Shown one piece after another: positions 7,569 to 16,267 of a DNA stretch of 64,000 nucleotides. The notes beneath the pieces were generated by a model. It was not told the DNA's origin. It saw nothing but the letters and a program-made list of their open reading frames with translations, and did no database searches. A program made the translations under genes and the position numbers. Within the stretch, counting starts at the first letter, position 1, and each line of letters starts with the position of its first letter. The stretch is from Candidatus Sumerlaeia bacterium (GTDB lineage Bacteria; Sumerlaeota; Sumerlaeia; SLMS01; JANRJK01): positions 276,858 to 340,857 of the forward strand of contig JANRJK010000036.1 of assembly GCA_033764015.1 (NCBI GenBank), read 5' to 3'.

Positions 7569-9998
7569 ATGCGCCCCCCGGGGCGCCCTCGGAAAGCGGA
7601 CATGGACGGCAGACCCCTCCCTGCCGAAGTGCCGGTGGCCCGGAACGCCTCGCAGACCTCTGCCCCGCCGCAAAGCCACGGCGGGACCGGGCCCTGTCTT
7701 CCGGCGCTCCTCTCCCCCCTCCCCTTCACCGAAGGCGACCTGACCGCAGGCTGCGAGCACGAGCTCCAAGCCGCCGTCTTCGGGACGCGCGACAGCGTCG
7801 ACCTCCCCCTCGTTATCCAACAGTCGAACTTCTACCGGAACCTGTGCAAGCGGGTGGAGCGCGGCGACGCGCCCCGCAGCGCGCTATCGAAGCTGGAGCA
7901 CCTCCTCGAGGACGCGGGGCCGCAGGGCTGGGACAATAGCTGGGTGCGCTTCCCGCTCGCATTCCTGAACGAGGAGGCGCGGGCGACGCTGCGGGCGGAC
8001 CTGCGCGCCGACAAGTCGGACGCCGCGAGCCCGCCCCGCGGCGACGAGCGGAGCTTCTTCGTCGAGCGCGAGGACGGCGACCACTGGGTGCGGGTGCCTG
8101 TGAGCTACCTGCTGAAGCTGTCGCTGGCGCAGATCGCCGGCGGCGACGACGACCTGCCGGCGGGGCTCCGCGCGGCGGTCCGCGATCTGCAGCAGCACTA
8201 CCTCTCGGACAACTCGTCCCCGGAGCTGACCAGCTTCCGGGTGGTGCCGCTGCGCGCCTCGCGGGGCCTCGGGCGGGCGCTCGGGACGGAGGCCGCCAAG
8301 CGCCTCCTCCTCACCTACCTCCTCGCCGAGTACGCCAACGACGAGTTCCGCCTGCGCGCCCTCGGGCAGGACGCGTCGGTGCACCAGTCCGCCAGCCCCA
8401 GCGCGCGCCAGCGCGAGATCAACGAGGCAGTGACGGACTCCTTCTACCGCGAGCTCTACATGAGCCCGTGCCTCTCCGGCTGGGAGCGCGGCGAGGAGAA
8501 GCTCGAGTACATGCGGCTCTGCCACCAGGTGCTGACCTGGAGCCAGCTCTGCGCGACGGTGAAGCTGCGCGACGCGGGGATCGTGGCGAACAACCTGATG
8601 GTGCCGCCCAGCCTCTCGACGCTGAGCCTCGCCAACAACGGCGTGCACATCACGATCGGCAGCCGGCGGCTCTCCGCGATGGGGCGCGCCGGGCACCCGG
8701 ACTGGACGCCCGCCGCGGAGAAGCGCGTCGGCGACCTGGTGACGAAGGTGGTCGAGCACTTCATGCCGCTCTTCCCCGGGGTCTTCAGCGCGGCGCCGCG
8801 CCGCATCGACTTCCGCCAGTTCCACCCGGAGCTGGTCCTCGGCTACCTGCCGCACGAGCTGGACTACTCGCACCTGCGCCCGCTCTGGCGCCGCTGGCGG
8901 CGCAAGGCGGACATCAAGTTCCTCGGCGCGACGATCACGCCCTTCGGCCCCCGGTGGATCGACGCGGCGGCGGGGACGCTGCTGGGGCTGCGCGGCGACT
9001 TCGTCCCCGACGCGCGGCTGCTCGAGTACCTGGTCTCGCCGCTCAGCACCCCCGAGAGCCCCGCGCTGGACGGGAGCGAGGGGAACTGGGACCGGCTGAA
9101 GAGCGACCTCGCGGACCACGGAGTCTTCCACAAGCGCCTCTCGCTCTACCTGATGTTCCGCCAGCGCTTCGCGAAGCAGCACGGCTTCTGCGGCTATGAA
9201 GGCCGCGCGCACAGCCTCTTCCCGCGCTTCAGCGACCTCGGCGACGCGGCGAGCCTGCAGGCGCTCCTGTGCGCCCACGCCACCCGGCTGGTCGCGACCG
9301 GCGCGGTGGCGCACGCGGACATCCCCGACACGCCGGAGGCGGAGAGCGAGCGGCGCCAGTTCTTCTTCGCCGGCGCCATCGGCCTCAAGAGCCTCAACAC
9401 CCGCCCGGAGGCGGGGAACCGCTTCCTCGCGGGGCTGCTGTCGCGCGCCGCGGACGCGAAGCCGAGCCGCCGCTATCCGGACCGCATGAAGGTGAAGCTC
9501 GCCGGCTACCGCCGCGCGCTGGTGGCGTCGCTGCGCGAGGACTCCGCGGACCTGGTGGAGCAACTCGGCCTGGGGGGGATGCTGGACGGCCTCGAGCGGC
9601 GCCTCGATCCCGCGACCGGCGAGGGCGCGGCGGAGCAATTGACGCGCGGCATCCTCGCGGTGGCCGGCGCGCGGACGCCGATGGCGCTCTCCGCCCGCGA
9701 GTTCGACGAGGCGGCGGAGCAGCACGCGCTGGGGCTGCTGCGCGCGGCGCACTTGGCGGAGGGCCTCGAGTCGCTGCGCGCGGACCTCGCGCTGGCGGCG
9801 TCGCACGGCCACCCCGCGGCCGCCGCCGCAGGCGAATGGCCCGCCCTCTGCCGCGAGGCGGAATCGGCATTCGCGCGCGGCTCGCGGCTCGATCCGCGGC
9901 TCGTGCGCAGGCTCCTTGCGGCAACCGTCGCGTCCATCGCGGCGGACGCCGAACTCGACCACCTCCCGGAGGCGAATGATGCAGCACCAGTACATTGA
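7569..9998 (+). CDS. Large hypothetical protein (809 aa) with no recognisable family. First gene of a three-gene lipid-associated module.
   Basis: Long ORF of normal amino-acid composition. It has no signal peptide, no TM segment and no motif I recognise, but carries conserved-looking Cys pairs (CEHE, CKRVE, CLSGWE, CHQVLTWSQLC). Its 3' end overlaps the start of the PSD-family gene by about 20 nt. Confidence 0.55.
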   Translation: MRPPGRPRKADMDGRPLPAEVPVARNASQTSAPPQSHGGTGPCLPALLSPLPFTEGDLTAGCEHELQAAVFGTRDSVDLPLVIQQSNFYRNLCKRVERGDAPRSALSKLEHLLEDAGPQGWDNSWVRFPLAFLNEEARATLRADLRADKSDAASPPRGDERSFFVEREDGDHWVRVPVSYLLKLSLAQIAGGDDDLPAGLRAAVRDLQQHYLSDNSSPELTSFRVVPLRASRGLGRALGTEAAKRLLLTYLLAEYANDEFRLRALGQDASVHQSASPSARQREINEAVTDSFYRELYMSPCLSGWERGEEKLEYMRLCHQVLTWSQLCATVKLRDAGIVANNLMVPPSLSTLSLANNGVHITIGSRRLSAMGRAGHPDWTPAAEKRVGDLVTKVVEHFMPLFPGVFSAAPRRIDFRQFHPELVLGYLPHELDYSHLRPLWRRWRRKADIKFLGATITPFGPRWIDAAAGTLLGLRGDFVPDARLLEYLVSPLSTPESPALDGSEGNWDRLKSDLADHGVFHKRLSLYLMFRQRFAKQHGFCGYEGRAHSLFPRFSDLGDAASLQALLCAHATRLVATGAVAHADIPDTPEAESERRQFFFAGAIGLKSLNTRPEAGNRFLAGLLSRAADAKPSRRYPDRMKVKLAGYRRALVASLREDSADLVEQLGLGGMLDGLERRLDPATGEGAAEQLTRGILAVAGARTPMALSAREFDEAAEQHALGLLRAAHLAEGLESLRADLALAASHGHPAAAAAGEWPALCREAESAFARGSRLDPRLVRRLLAATVASIAADAELDHLPEANDAAPVH

Positions 9999-10971
9999 GC
10001 GGACGAGCGGCGCGGTCCGCACGGAACGGCTCTTCAAGGACAAGGTCGTGCGCACGATCTACAGCGACGTGCGCGAGAAGGCGCCCTTCCTCCTCAACGC
10101 GCTGACGGCGGGATGGACAACGGACCTGATCGCATTCGTGACCTACGACTTCCCCGCAGTGCGCTGGGTGGCCGGGAACCAGAAGTTCCTCGACGAGCTG
10201 AAGCTCGACTACTCCGAGTGCATCCAGCCGATCGAGTGGTTCGACACGCCGCGCAAGGTGTTCGAGCGACAGATCCGCTACTGGGAGTGCCGGCCGATGC
10301 CGGAGGACGAGGGCGTCGCGGTGTCGCCGGCGGACTCGCGCGTGATCGTCGGCAGCTTCGCCGAGACGTCCTCCGTGTTCCTGAAGGACAAGTTCTTCAC
10401 GCAGGCGGAGCTGCTCGGGCGCGAGCGCTGGCGCGATCGGTTCGCCGACGGCGACTTCGCCGTGTGCCGCCTGACGCCGGACAAGTACCACTACAACCAC
10501 TCGCCGGTTTCCGGCGTGGTGGAGGACTTCTACGCGGTCGAAGGCGCCTACCACGCCTGCAACCCGACGGCGATCGTCACGGTCGGCGACACGTACTCGA
10601 AGAACCGCCGCGTGGTGACGATCATCGACACGGACGTCGAGGGGGGCTCGCGCATGGGCAAGGTGGCCCTGATCGAGATCGTCGCGCTGATGATCGGCGA
10701 CGTGAAGCAATCCTACAGCGACGAGAAGTACGACGCGCCGCGGGACGTGGCGCCGGGCCTCTTCATGAAGCGCGGCCAGCCCAAGAGCCTTTACCGCCCC
10801 GGCAGCAGCACCGACATCGTGGTGTTCGAGAGGGGCCGGGTCGCCTTCGAGCCCGACATCGTGGCGAACATGCGGCGCACCGACGCGGAGAGCCGCTTCT
10901 CCCTAGGCTTCGGCCAGCCGCTGGTCGAGACGGAGCTGAACGTGCGCAGCGCGATCGCGCGGCGCCTCTGA
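9976..10971 (+). CDS. psd: Phosphatidylserine decarboxylase family proenzyme (pyruvoyl-dependent)
   Basis: Start trimmed to MMQHQYIERT. The conserved PSD motif R-L-x-P-x-DYH-x-x-H-x-P is present (CRLTPDKYHYNHSPVSG). A G-S-S-T segment (YRPGSSTDIVVF) sits at the expected position of the LGST self-cleavage site near the C-terminus. Confidence 0.75.
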   Translation: MMQHQYIERTSGAVRTERLFKDKVVRTIYSDVREKAPFLLNALTAGWTTDLIAFVTYDFPAVRWVAGNQKFLDELKLDYSECIQPIEWFDTPRKVFERQIRYWECRPMPEDEGVAVSPADSRVIVGSFAETSSVFLKDKFFTQAELLGRERWRDRFADGDFAVCRLTPDKYHYNHSPVSGVVEDFYAVEGAYHACNPTAIVTVGDTYSKNRRVVTIIDTDVEGGSRMGKVALIEIVALMIGDVKQSYSDEKYDAPRDVAPGLFMKRGQPKSLYRPGSSTDIVVFERGRVAFEPDIVANMRRTDAESRFSLGFGQPLVETELNVRSAIARRL

Positions 10972-10992
10972 CCTGCGAAAGGACCGCGTTCC

Positions 10993-12114
10993 ATGCAGGA
11001 GCTGATCTTCATTGGAGTCCTCGGCGGCGCGCTCGCCGCGCTTTACGTCTGGGCGTTCCGCACGCTCCCCGGAGCGCGCTGGCAATTCGCCGCCGCGGTA
11101 CCGGTCGCGGCGCTCCCGGACGGCGGCTGGCGCGGACTGAACCTCACCTGGTACGGCGTGTTCTACGCGCTCGGCATCGCGGTCTCGAGCGCGCTCGGCT
11201 TCGTGCTGCTGAAGTCCATCGGCGCGCCGACGCTCCCGGTGCTGCTGCTCCTCGTCGGCACCGTGGCCGTCTGCATGCCGGCGGCGCGCTTCCTCGCCGG
11301 GATCATCGAGCGCAAGAAGGGCACGCAAAGCGTCGCCGCGGGGTTCTTCACCGGCATGGTGCTGGTCCCACCCGCGCTGCTGCTGATGAACGCATTGGTT
11401 GATTCAGTCAACCTTCCGCCGCTGGCGACGCTGGCCGCGTTCGGCGCGGCCTACGCGCTCGGCGAAGGCATCGGACGCCTCTCGTGCATCAGCTTCGGCT
11501 GCTGCTACGGGCGCCGCGTGGTCGACCTCGGCGCGGGGCTCCGGCGGCTGGTCGCGCCCTTCGCCGTCCGCTTCCGCGGGCCGACGAAGAAGATCGCCTA
11601 CGCCTCCGGCTGGGAAGGCGTCGCGGTGGTGCCGATCCAGGCGGTGACGGCGACGCTCTACACGGCGGTGGCGCTCGGGGCGGCGTGGCTGTTCCTCGCG
11701 GGCGAGTACGGCGCGGCGCTGCTGCTCTCCATCGGGTTCACCCAGGTCTGGCGCGTGGCGTCGGAGTTCCTCCGGGCCGACTACCGCGGCGGGCGCAAGT
11801 TCACCGTGTACCAGTGGATGAGCCTCTCGGGCGTCGCCTACGTCGCGGCCTGGGTGGCGGTGCTGCCGCGCGAGGCGGACATGGTCCGCGCCGACATCGC
11901 GCAGGGGCTCGCCGCGCTCTGGACCGCCCCCGGCGTCATCGCGGTGCAGGCGCTCTGGCTCGCGGCGTTCCTCTACGCGGGCCGCAGCACCGTCACGGGC
12001 TCGACGCTGCGCTTCCACGTTGTCGACGAGCACCGCAAGTCCTTCGCGGCTCAACCGCCCCGGTCGGCTCCGCGACGCAAGGCGCCGAAGGCGAAGGCGC
12101 TGGCGGGAGCATAG
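10993..12114 (+). CDS. Polytopic membrane protein, prolipoprotein diacylglyceryl transferase (Lgt)-like
   Basis: Seven or more predicted TM segments. GEGIGRLSCISFGCCYGRRV resembles the Lgt signature G-R-[LI]-G-N-F-x-N-x-E-x-[WY]-G (the G-R-L...F...G..YG spacing is kept). Family assignment is tentative. Confidence 0.45.
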   Translation: MQELIFIGVLGGALAALYVWAFRTLPGARWQFAAAVPVAALPDGGWRGLNLTWYGVFYALGIAVSSALGFVLLKSIGAPTLPVLLLLVGTVAVCMPAARFLAGIIERKKGTQSVAAGFFTGMVLVPPALLLMNALVDSVNLPPLATLAAFGAAYALGEGIGRLSCISFGCCYGRRVVDLGAGLRRLVAPFAVRFRGPTKKIAYASGWEGVAVVPIQAVTATLYTAVALGAAWLFLAGEYGAALLLSIGFTQVWRVASEFLRADYRGGRKFTVYQWMSLSGVAYVAAWVAVLPREADMVRADIAQGLAALWTAPGVIAVQALWLAAFLYAGRSTVTGSTLRFHVVDEHRKSFAAQPPRSAPRRKAPKAKALAGA

Positions 12115-12348
12115 GGGGGGGCCGCCTACTGCTGGCCAGCCGCTCCGCGCGGGACAGCCCACCCGTTGACCGCGAGGCGCCCGTCGACTCCAGCGTCGCC
12201 GCCTCGCTGATGAACCGCACACTTGCGGGGCTGGCGAAGGCGAGTGCGTTCCAGGGGCGGGCAGTTCAGGCCCGGGCAAACGCCCACCTCGCGCCACCTT
12301 GCTCCTTGATTCAAGAGTCTAGAACCTGCGACGTTCCCAGACAGGAGA

Positions 12349-14664
12349 ATGGGTGGCGGTATGAGTTTGGAGCGGAGGCAGGGTGGAATGAGCCCGCGAC
12401 CTGACATGAAGGCCGGTGTGATTCGCTTGAACGAAGAGGTAAGGGCGATTAGCGAGCCTGCCTACGGACTGACGCGACCTCCGCTCTCGATCGCGGTTCC
12501 TGTAGGGGCGGAGAATCCGGTGGGGCATATCCGGCTCTATCGCCAACCGATCCTCGCGGCGGCGGAGCGTGCCGGGCGGGCGATGGCCCGCGACGCGGGC
12601 CGGGCATCGGCAGTGTGGCACAAGACCACCCTCGGGGTCTGTTGCTTTGCCATGGTGCTGCGGCACGAGTTGATCCATGCGGCGTGTCATCTGGGCAGAT
12701 TCCACGGCGGGGGACGCTGGCCTTACGAAGCGATGCCGACGGGGGTCCACGAGTTGCTCGCGGAGTTCTTCAAGGACAAGCCTTGGCGCGATCCTCTCCC
12801 GGTGACGCTTCAGCCAAGGCCGGAGGCAATGCAACGCTGGCTGGACTGGTGGCACGCCCAACAGGGGATGCTCTCGGCCAGCAATCCATATCGGCAGCAC
12901 CTACCGTTGCGCGCGCTACGCCCAGAGCCAGTACGTGAAGTGGCGAAGCGCCTGGTGGTTCCGTACCGAACCGAGGCGAAGTCCATGGAGATTTCTGATG
13001 TTGCAGGGGGACTGGACGAGGGGTTGCTCGCTGGCTTCCTCGATTCCACCGCTTCGCCTCTTCCGCCGGAGGGTGTCAGCGCGGGGCACATACGGCTGGG
13101 CCAGACGGGGCTTCTGGAACTGCTCGGCTTCGCTCGTGCGGCGCTGGAGGATGGCCTCCTGGGTGGCGTGGAGGTGCGGCTTTACGAGCAGAAGCCGGAC
13201 AATGTGGAAGTCCCTGTGCACGCCAACGAGGTGCCGCTCAACGTCGAGAGCCTCGAAGCGCTTTTCATCGGGAGTGCCGAGTTGGATGAGCGAGCCCGCG
13301 CGGATGTCAATCGACTATGGAGTGCGGTCTCTGACCGCGATGATGGCCTGCCGCTCGAGGTTTTCCAGTCGCGCCCTTGGGACCTAAGGATGCTGCAGGA
13401 GATGCACAGGTGGTTCGCCGCGGCGACAGACGTTGGGGAGGGCGAGTTCTCGTCGATGGTTATCGACATCAAGACTAGGCGCCCTTGCGACCATTTCCTC
13501 TGGGAGGAGACATTGATTCAGATGCGCGCCGGGGAAAGTGTCGAGCGTCGGCTGGCACATTGCCTGGACGATCTTGCGGCCCTGCTAGAGCGGGTGCGGA
13601 GTCTTCTCCGCTCCGGGCGAATCGGAGAAGTGACGGGCCAAGCGGAGGCGTTGGGAGCTTACGTCAAGAGTAGCGGAGTGACATTGATCCACCCCATTTA
13701 CCTACCATTCCCGCGTGATGTCGTGCTCAAGTACTTCGGCCATTCAGGAACCGGCGCCTCGTCGGATGGCGTGGTTGCAGATTCCGCGTTGCAGGCAAGC
13801 GAAGAGGCCGAGAAGAACGTCCGCAAGTTCGAGGAAAGTGCGGCGCGGCGTTTTGCATTCGACGACTCGGCCGCCGATGGCGCACCGCTCGCCACGCTGG
13901 CGCGTGCCTACCAGATCGAGAAGGACGAGACGTTCTGGACGGCGGCGACGTGGATACGCGTCTTCGAGTCGCCGAGGCGTGCGGAGTTGCTGGAGAAGCT
14001 TCTGCGCCAGGCCTTCGACGGGAGAGATCCGATGCCCCTTGACGGCGAACTTGCCGATTGGAGGAGATGCCTCGAGGGTAGGTTGAGACTGAGGCTGGAG
14101 GCAGTACACCCATCACCCGCAAGGTACAAAAAGTGGCTTGGCGAGGAGATCGAGAACGGCGGTGAGTTCCGTCACCTGGTGCCACATGTAGCCCGGGTCG
14201 CCAAGGGGAAGACTCACCTGGAGGGTGGCACGCACGTCGATGCACTCATCGTGAACGAGAGCAATGGCTTCGCCGTCGCCATAGAGGCAAAGGTCCTATC
14301 AGACATTTCCCCATACGTGACCTATGACATGCGGCGAAACCAGATCGCGCGGAACCTCGACGTGATGATGGACGACGCACGGACGCACGGCGCGCGATAT
14401 GAGGGTTTGGAACCCATGTTTCTCGCGCGACGCAGCGATCGGACGCTCTTCCTGCTCCAGACCCCGCGGGTGTTCCAGCGACCCGGCAGGTCGCGCCTTT
14501 ACTGGTACAAGTATCACGACTATATCGCCTCCGACGGGGCCATCCAAGCGGACCTGCCGCATCGAACCGCGGACGAGTGCGCCGGATGGGGCAGGAGGAT
14601 AGGCTGGCTGACGTGGGAGGACTGTCGGGAAATAGACGGCACTATCTGCCAATGGTTGACCTGA
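12349..14664 (+). CDS. Hypothetical 771-aa protein with an N-terminal HExxH metallopeptidase-like motif and a C-terminal PD-(D/E)xK nuclease-like motif, on a lower-GC islet
   Basis: VLRHELIHAACHLG (HExxH, ImmA/IrrE-like context) at about 12655-12696. ...GGTHVDALIVNESNGFAVAIEAKVLSD (hhhD...hhhExK) at about 14221-14305. Sampled GC inside the gene is about 52-63%, against about 70% in the flanking genes. Confidence 0.6.
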   Translation: MGGGMSLERRQGGMSPRPDMKAGVIRLNEEVRAISEPAYGLTRPPLSIAVPVGAENPVGHIRLYRQPILAAAERAGRAMARDAGRASAVWHKTTLGVCCFAMVLRHELIHAACHLGRFHGGGRWPYEAMPTGVHELLAEFFKDKPWRDPLPVTLQPRPEAMQRWLDWWHAQQGMLSASNPYRQHLPLRALRPEPVREVAKRLVVPYRTEAKSMEISDVAGGLDEGLLAGFLDSTASPLPPEGVSAGHIRLGQTGLLELLGFARAALEDGLLGGVEVRLYEQKPDNVEVPVHANEVPLNVESLEALFIGSAELDERARADVNRLWSAVSDRDDGLPLEVFQSRPWDLRMLQEMHRWFAAATDVGEGEFSSMVIDIKTRRPCDHFLWEETLIQMRAGESVERRLAHCLDDLAALLERVRSLLRSGRIGEVTGQAEALGAYVKSSGVTLIHPIYLPFPRDVVLKYFGHSGTGASSDGVVADSALQASEEAEKNVRKFEESAARRFAFDDSAADGAPLATLARAYQIEKDETFWTAATWIRVFESPRRAELLEKLLRQAFDGRDPMPLDGELADWRRCLEGRLRLRLEAVHPSPARYKKWLGEEIENGGEFRHLVPHVARVAKGKTHLEGGTHVDALIVNESNGFAVAIEAKVLSDISPYVTYDMRRNQIARNLDVMMDDARTHGARYEGLEPMFLARRSDRTLFLLQTPRVFQRPGRSRLYWYKYHDYIASDGAIQADLPHRTADECAGWGRRIGWLTWEDCREIDGTICQWLT

Positions 14665-14892
14665 GCGGGAGCTTGATGCCGGACCCGGCACGGGCCGATC
14701 CGGCGCGCAAGAACGCGCTGCGGGGACGTGGGTACCGCTTGGGCGCCATGCGATGAACCGATACTGACCTTCCCGTGCTCTCTTGACGATGTTGCGCTCT
14801 GGCTGCGGCCACGAACCGAGTGTCCGCCCGCAAACCCTACCCCTACCACATGCTGGTCTATCCGGACATCGCCGCGCGGGCCTGATCCAGCC

Positions 14893-16248
14893 CTACCCCC
14901 GGTTCATGCGTTCCGAGATGGCGAAGGCGAGTTCCATGGACTGCTCGTAGTTGAGGCGCGGGTCCGTGGGGGATTCGTAGCCGCTGGCGAGGTCGGCCTC
15001 GGTGACTTGGGAGGCGCCGCCGATGCACTCGGCGACCTTGTCGCCGGTGAGTTCGAAGTGGACGCCGCCGAGGACGGAGCCCGCCGCGCGGTGCAGGTCG
15101 ATGGTGAGTTGCACTTCGCGGGCGATGGATTCGAAGGGGCGCGTCTTGCGTCCGGAAGCGGTGGTGATCGTGTTGCCGTGCATCGGGTCGCAGACCCAGA
15201 CGGGGCGGCGTCCGGAGGCGCGCATCGCTTCGAGGAGCGGGGGGAGCGCGGCCTCCACCTTGCCCGCGCCGAAGCGGCAGATCAGCAGCAGGCGCCCCGG
15301 TTCCGCGCCGGGATCGAGCGTGTCCGCGAGGCGGAGCAGCTCGTCGGGCGTCGCCTTGGGGCCGATCTTGACGCCGAGCGGGTTGCGGATGCCGCGGAAA
15401 TATTCGATGTGGGCGCCGTCGGCCTGGCGGGTGCGCTCGCCGATCCAGGGGAGGTGGCAGCCGAGGTTGTAGTGGCCCTCGCGGCGCGGCACGCGGCGGG
15501 TCAGCGCCGACTCGTAGGGCAGGTGCAGGCCCTCGTGGCTGGTGTAGAACTCGACGCGGTGCAGCTCGTTGATCGGCGTCTCGCAGATGCGTTCGATGAA
15601 GTCGATGGAGGAGGCGATGGAGCCGCGGATCGCGAGGTAGGCGTCGCGGATCGCGGGCGCGAGGTTGCCGCGCTCGAGGAAGGCGAGGTCCCAGTATTCG
15701 GGGTGGTGGAGGTCGGCGAAGCCGCCGCTCATGAGCGCGCGGATGAAGTTGAGCGTCATCGAGGCGTGGGCGTAGCCGTCGAGGAGGCGCTGCGGGTCGG
15801 GGCGGCGGGCTTCGGGGGTGAACCCCGGACTGTTGACGAGGTCGCCGAAGTAGCTCGGCAGCGTCTCGCCGCCGATCGTTTCGGTCAGCGAGGTGCGCGG
15901 CTTGGCGTACTGTCCGGCGAAGCGGCCCACGCGGATGATCGGTTTGCCGATGCCCTGCGAGAGCACGAGGCTCATCTGGAGCAGGATCTTCAGCTTGTTG
16001 GTGATCTGGTCGGGCGCGCAGGAATCGAAGGTCTCGGCGCAGTCGCCGCCCTGCAGGAGGAAGCGCTTGCCGAGGGCGGCCTCCGCGAGGCGCTGGCGGA
16101 GCCGCTCGATCTCCCAGGAGGTGACGAGCGGGGGGAGCGAGTGCAGGCGCTGGACCGCGGCGGCGAGCGCGGCGGGGTCCGGGTAGTCGATGGATTGCTC
16201 CGCCGGCTTCCCGAGCCAGCTTGTCGGGGACCAGTCCTCCGCGGTCAT
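14893..16248 (-). CDS. 3-deoxy-7-phosphoheptulonate (DAHP) synthase, class II
   Basis: At 451 aa with ...GRFAGQYAKPRTS...NLGCHLPWIGERTRQ...VWVCDPMHGNT, it matches the type II (plant-like/AroAII) DAHP synthase family along its full length. Confidence 0.9.
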   Translation of the reverse strand: MTAEDWSPTSWLGKPAEQSIDYPDPAALAAAVQRLHSLPPLVTSWEIERLRQRLAEAALGKRFLLQGGDCAETFDSCAPDQITNKLKILLQMSLVLSQGIGKPIIRVGRFAGQYAKPRTSLTETIGGETLPSYFGDLVNSPGFTPEARRPDPQRLLDGYAHASMTLNFIRALMSGGFADLHHPEYWDLAFLERGNLAPAIRDAYLAIRGSIASSIDFIERICETPINELHRVEFYTSHEGLHLPYESALTRRVPRREGHYNLGCHLPWIGERTRQADGAHIEYFRGIRNPLGVKIGPKATPDELLRLADTLDPGAEPGRLLLICRFGAGKVEAALPPLLEAMRASGRRPVWVCDPMHGNTITTASGRKTRPFESIAREVQLTIDLHRAAGSVLGGVHFELTGDKVAECIGGASQVTEADLASGYESPTDPRLNYEQSMELAFAISERMNRG

Positions 16249-16267
16249 CGGCGCCGGGGCGTGATGG

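Noticed and set aside
12115-12348. Looked for direct repeats, att-like sites or a tRNA flanking the lower-GC islet
   Set aside because: No repeated 10-mer or longer was evident by eye between the 12115-12348 and 14665-14892 flanks, and there is no tRNA or integrase. The mobile-element call is not supported; the islet is described only as compositionally atypical.
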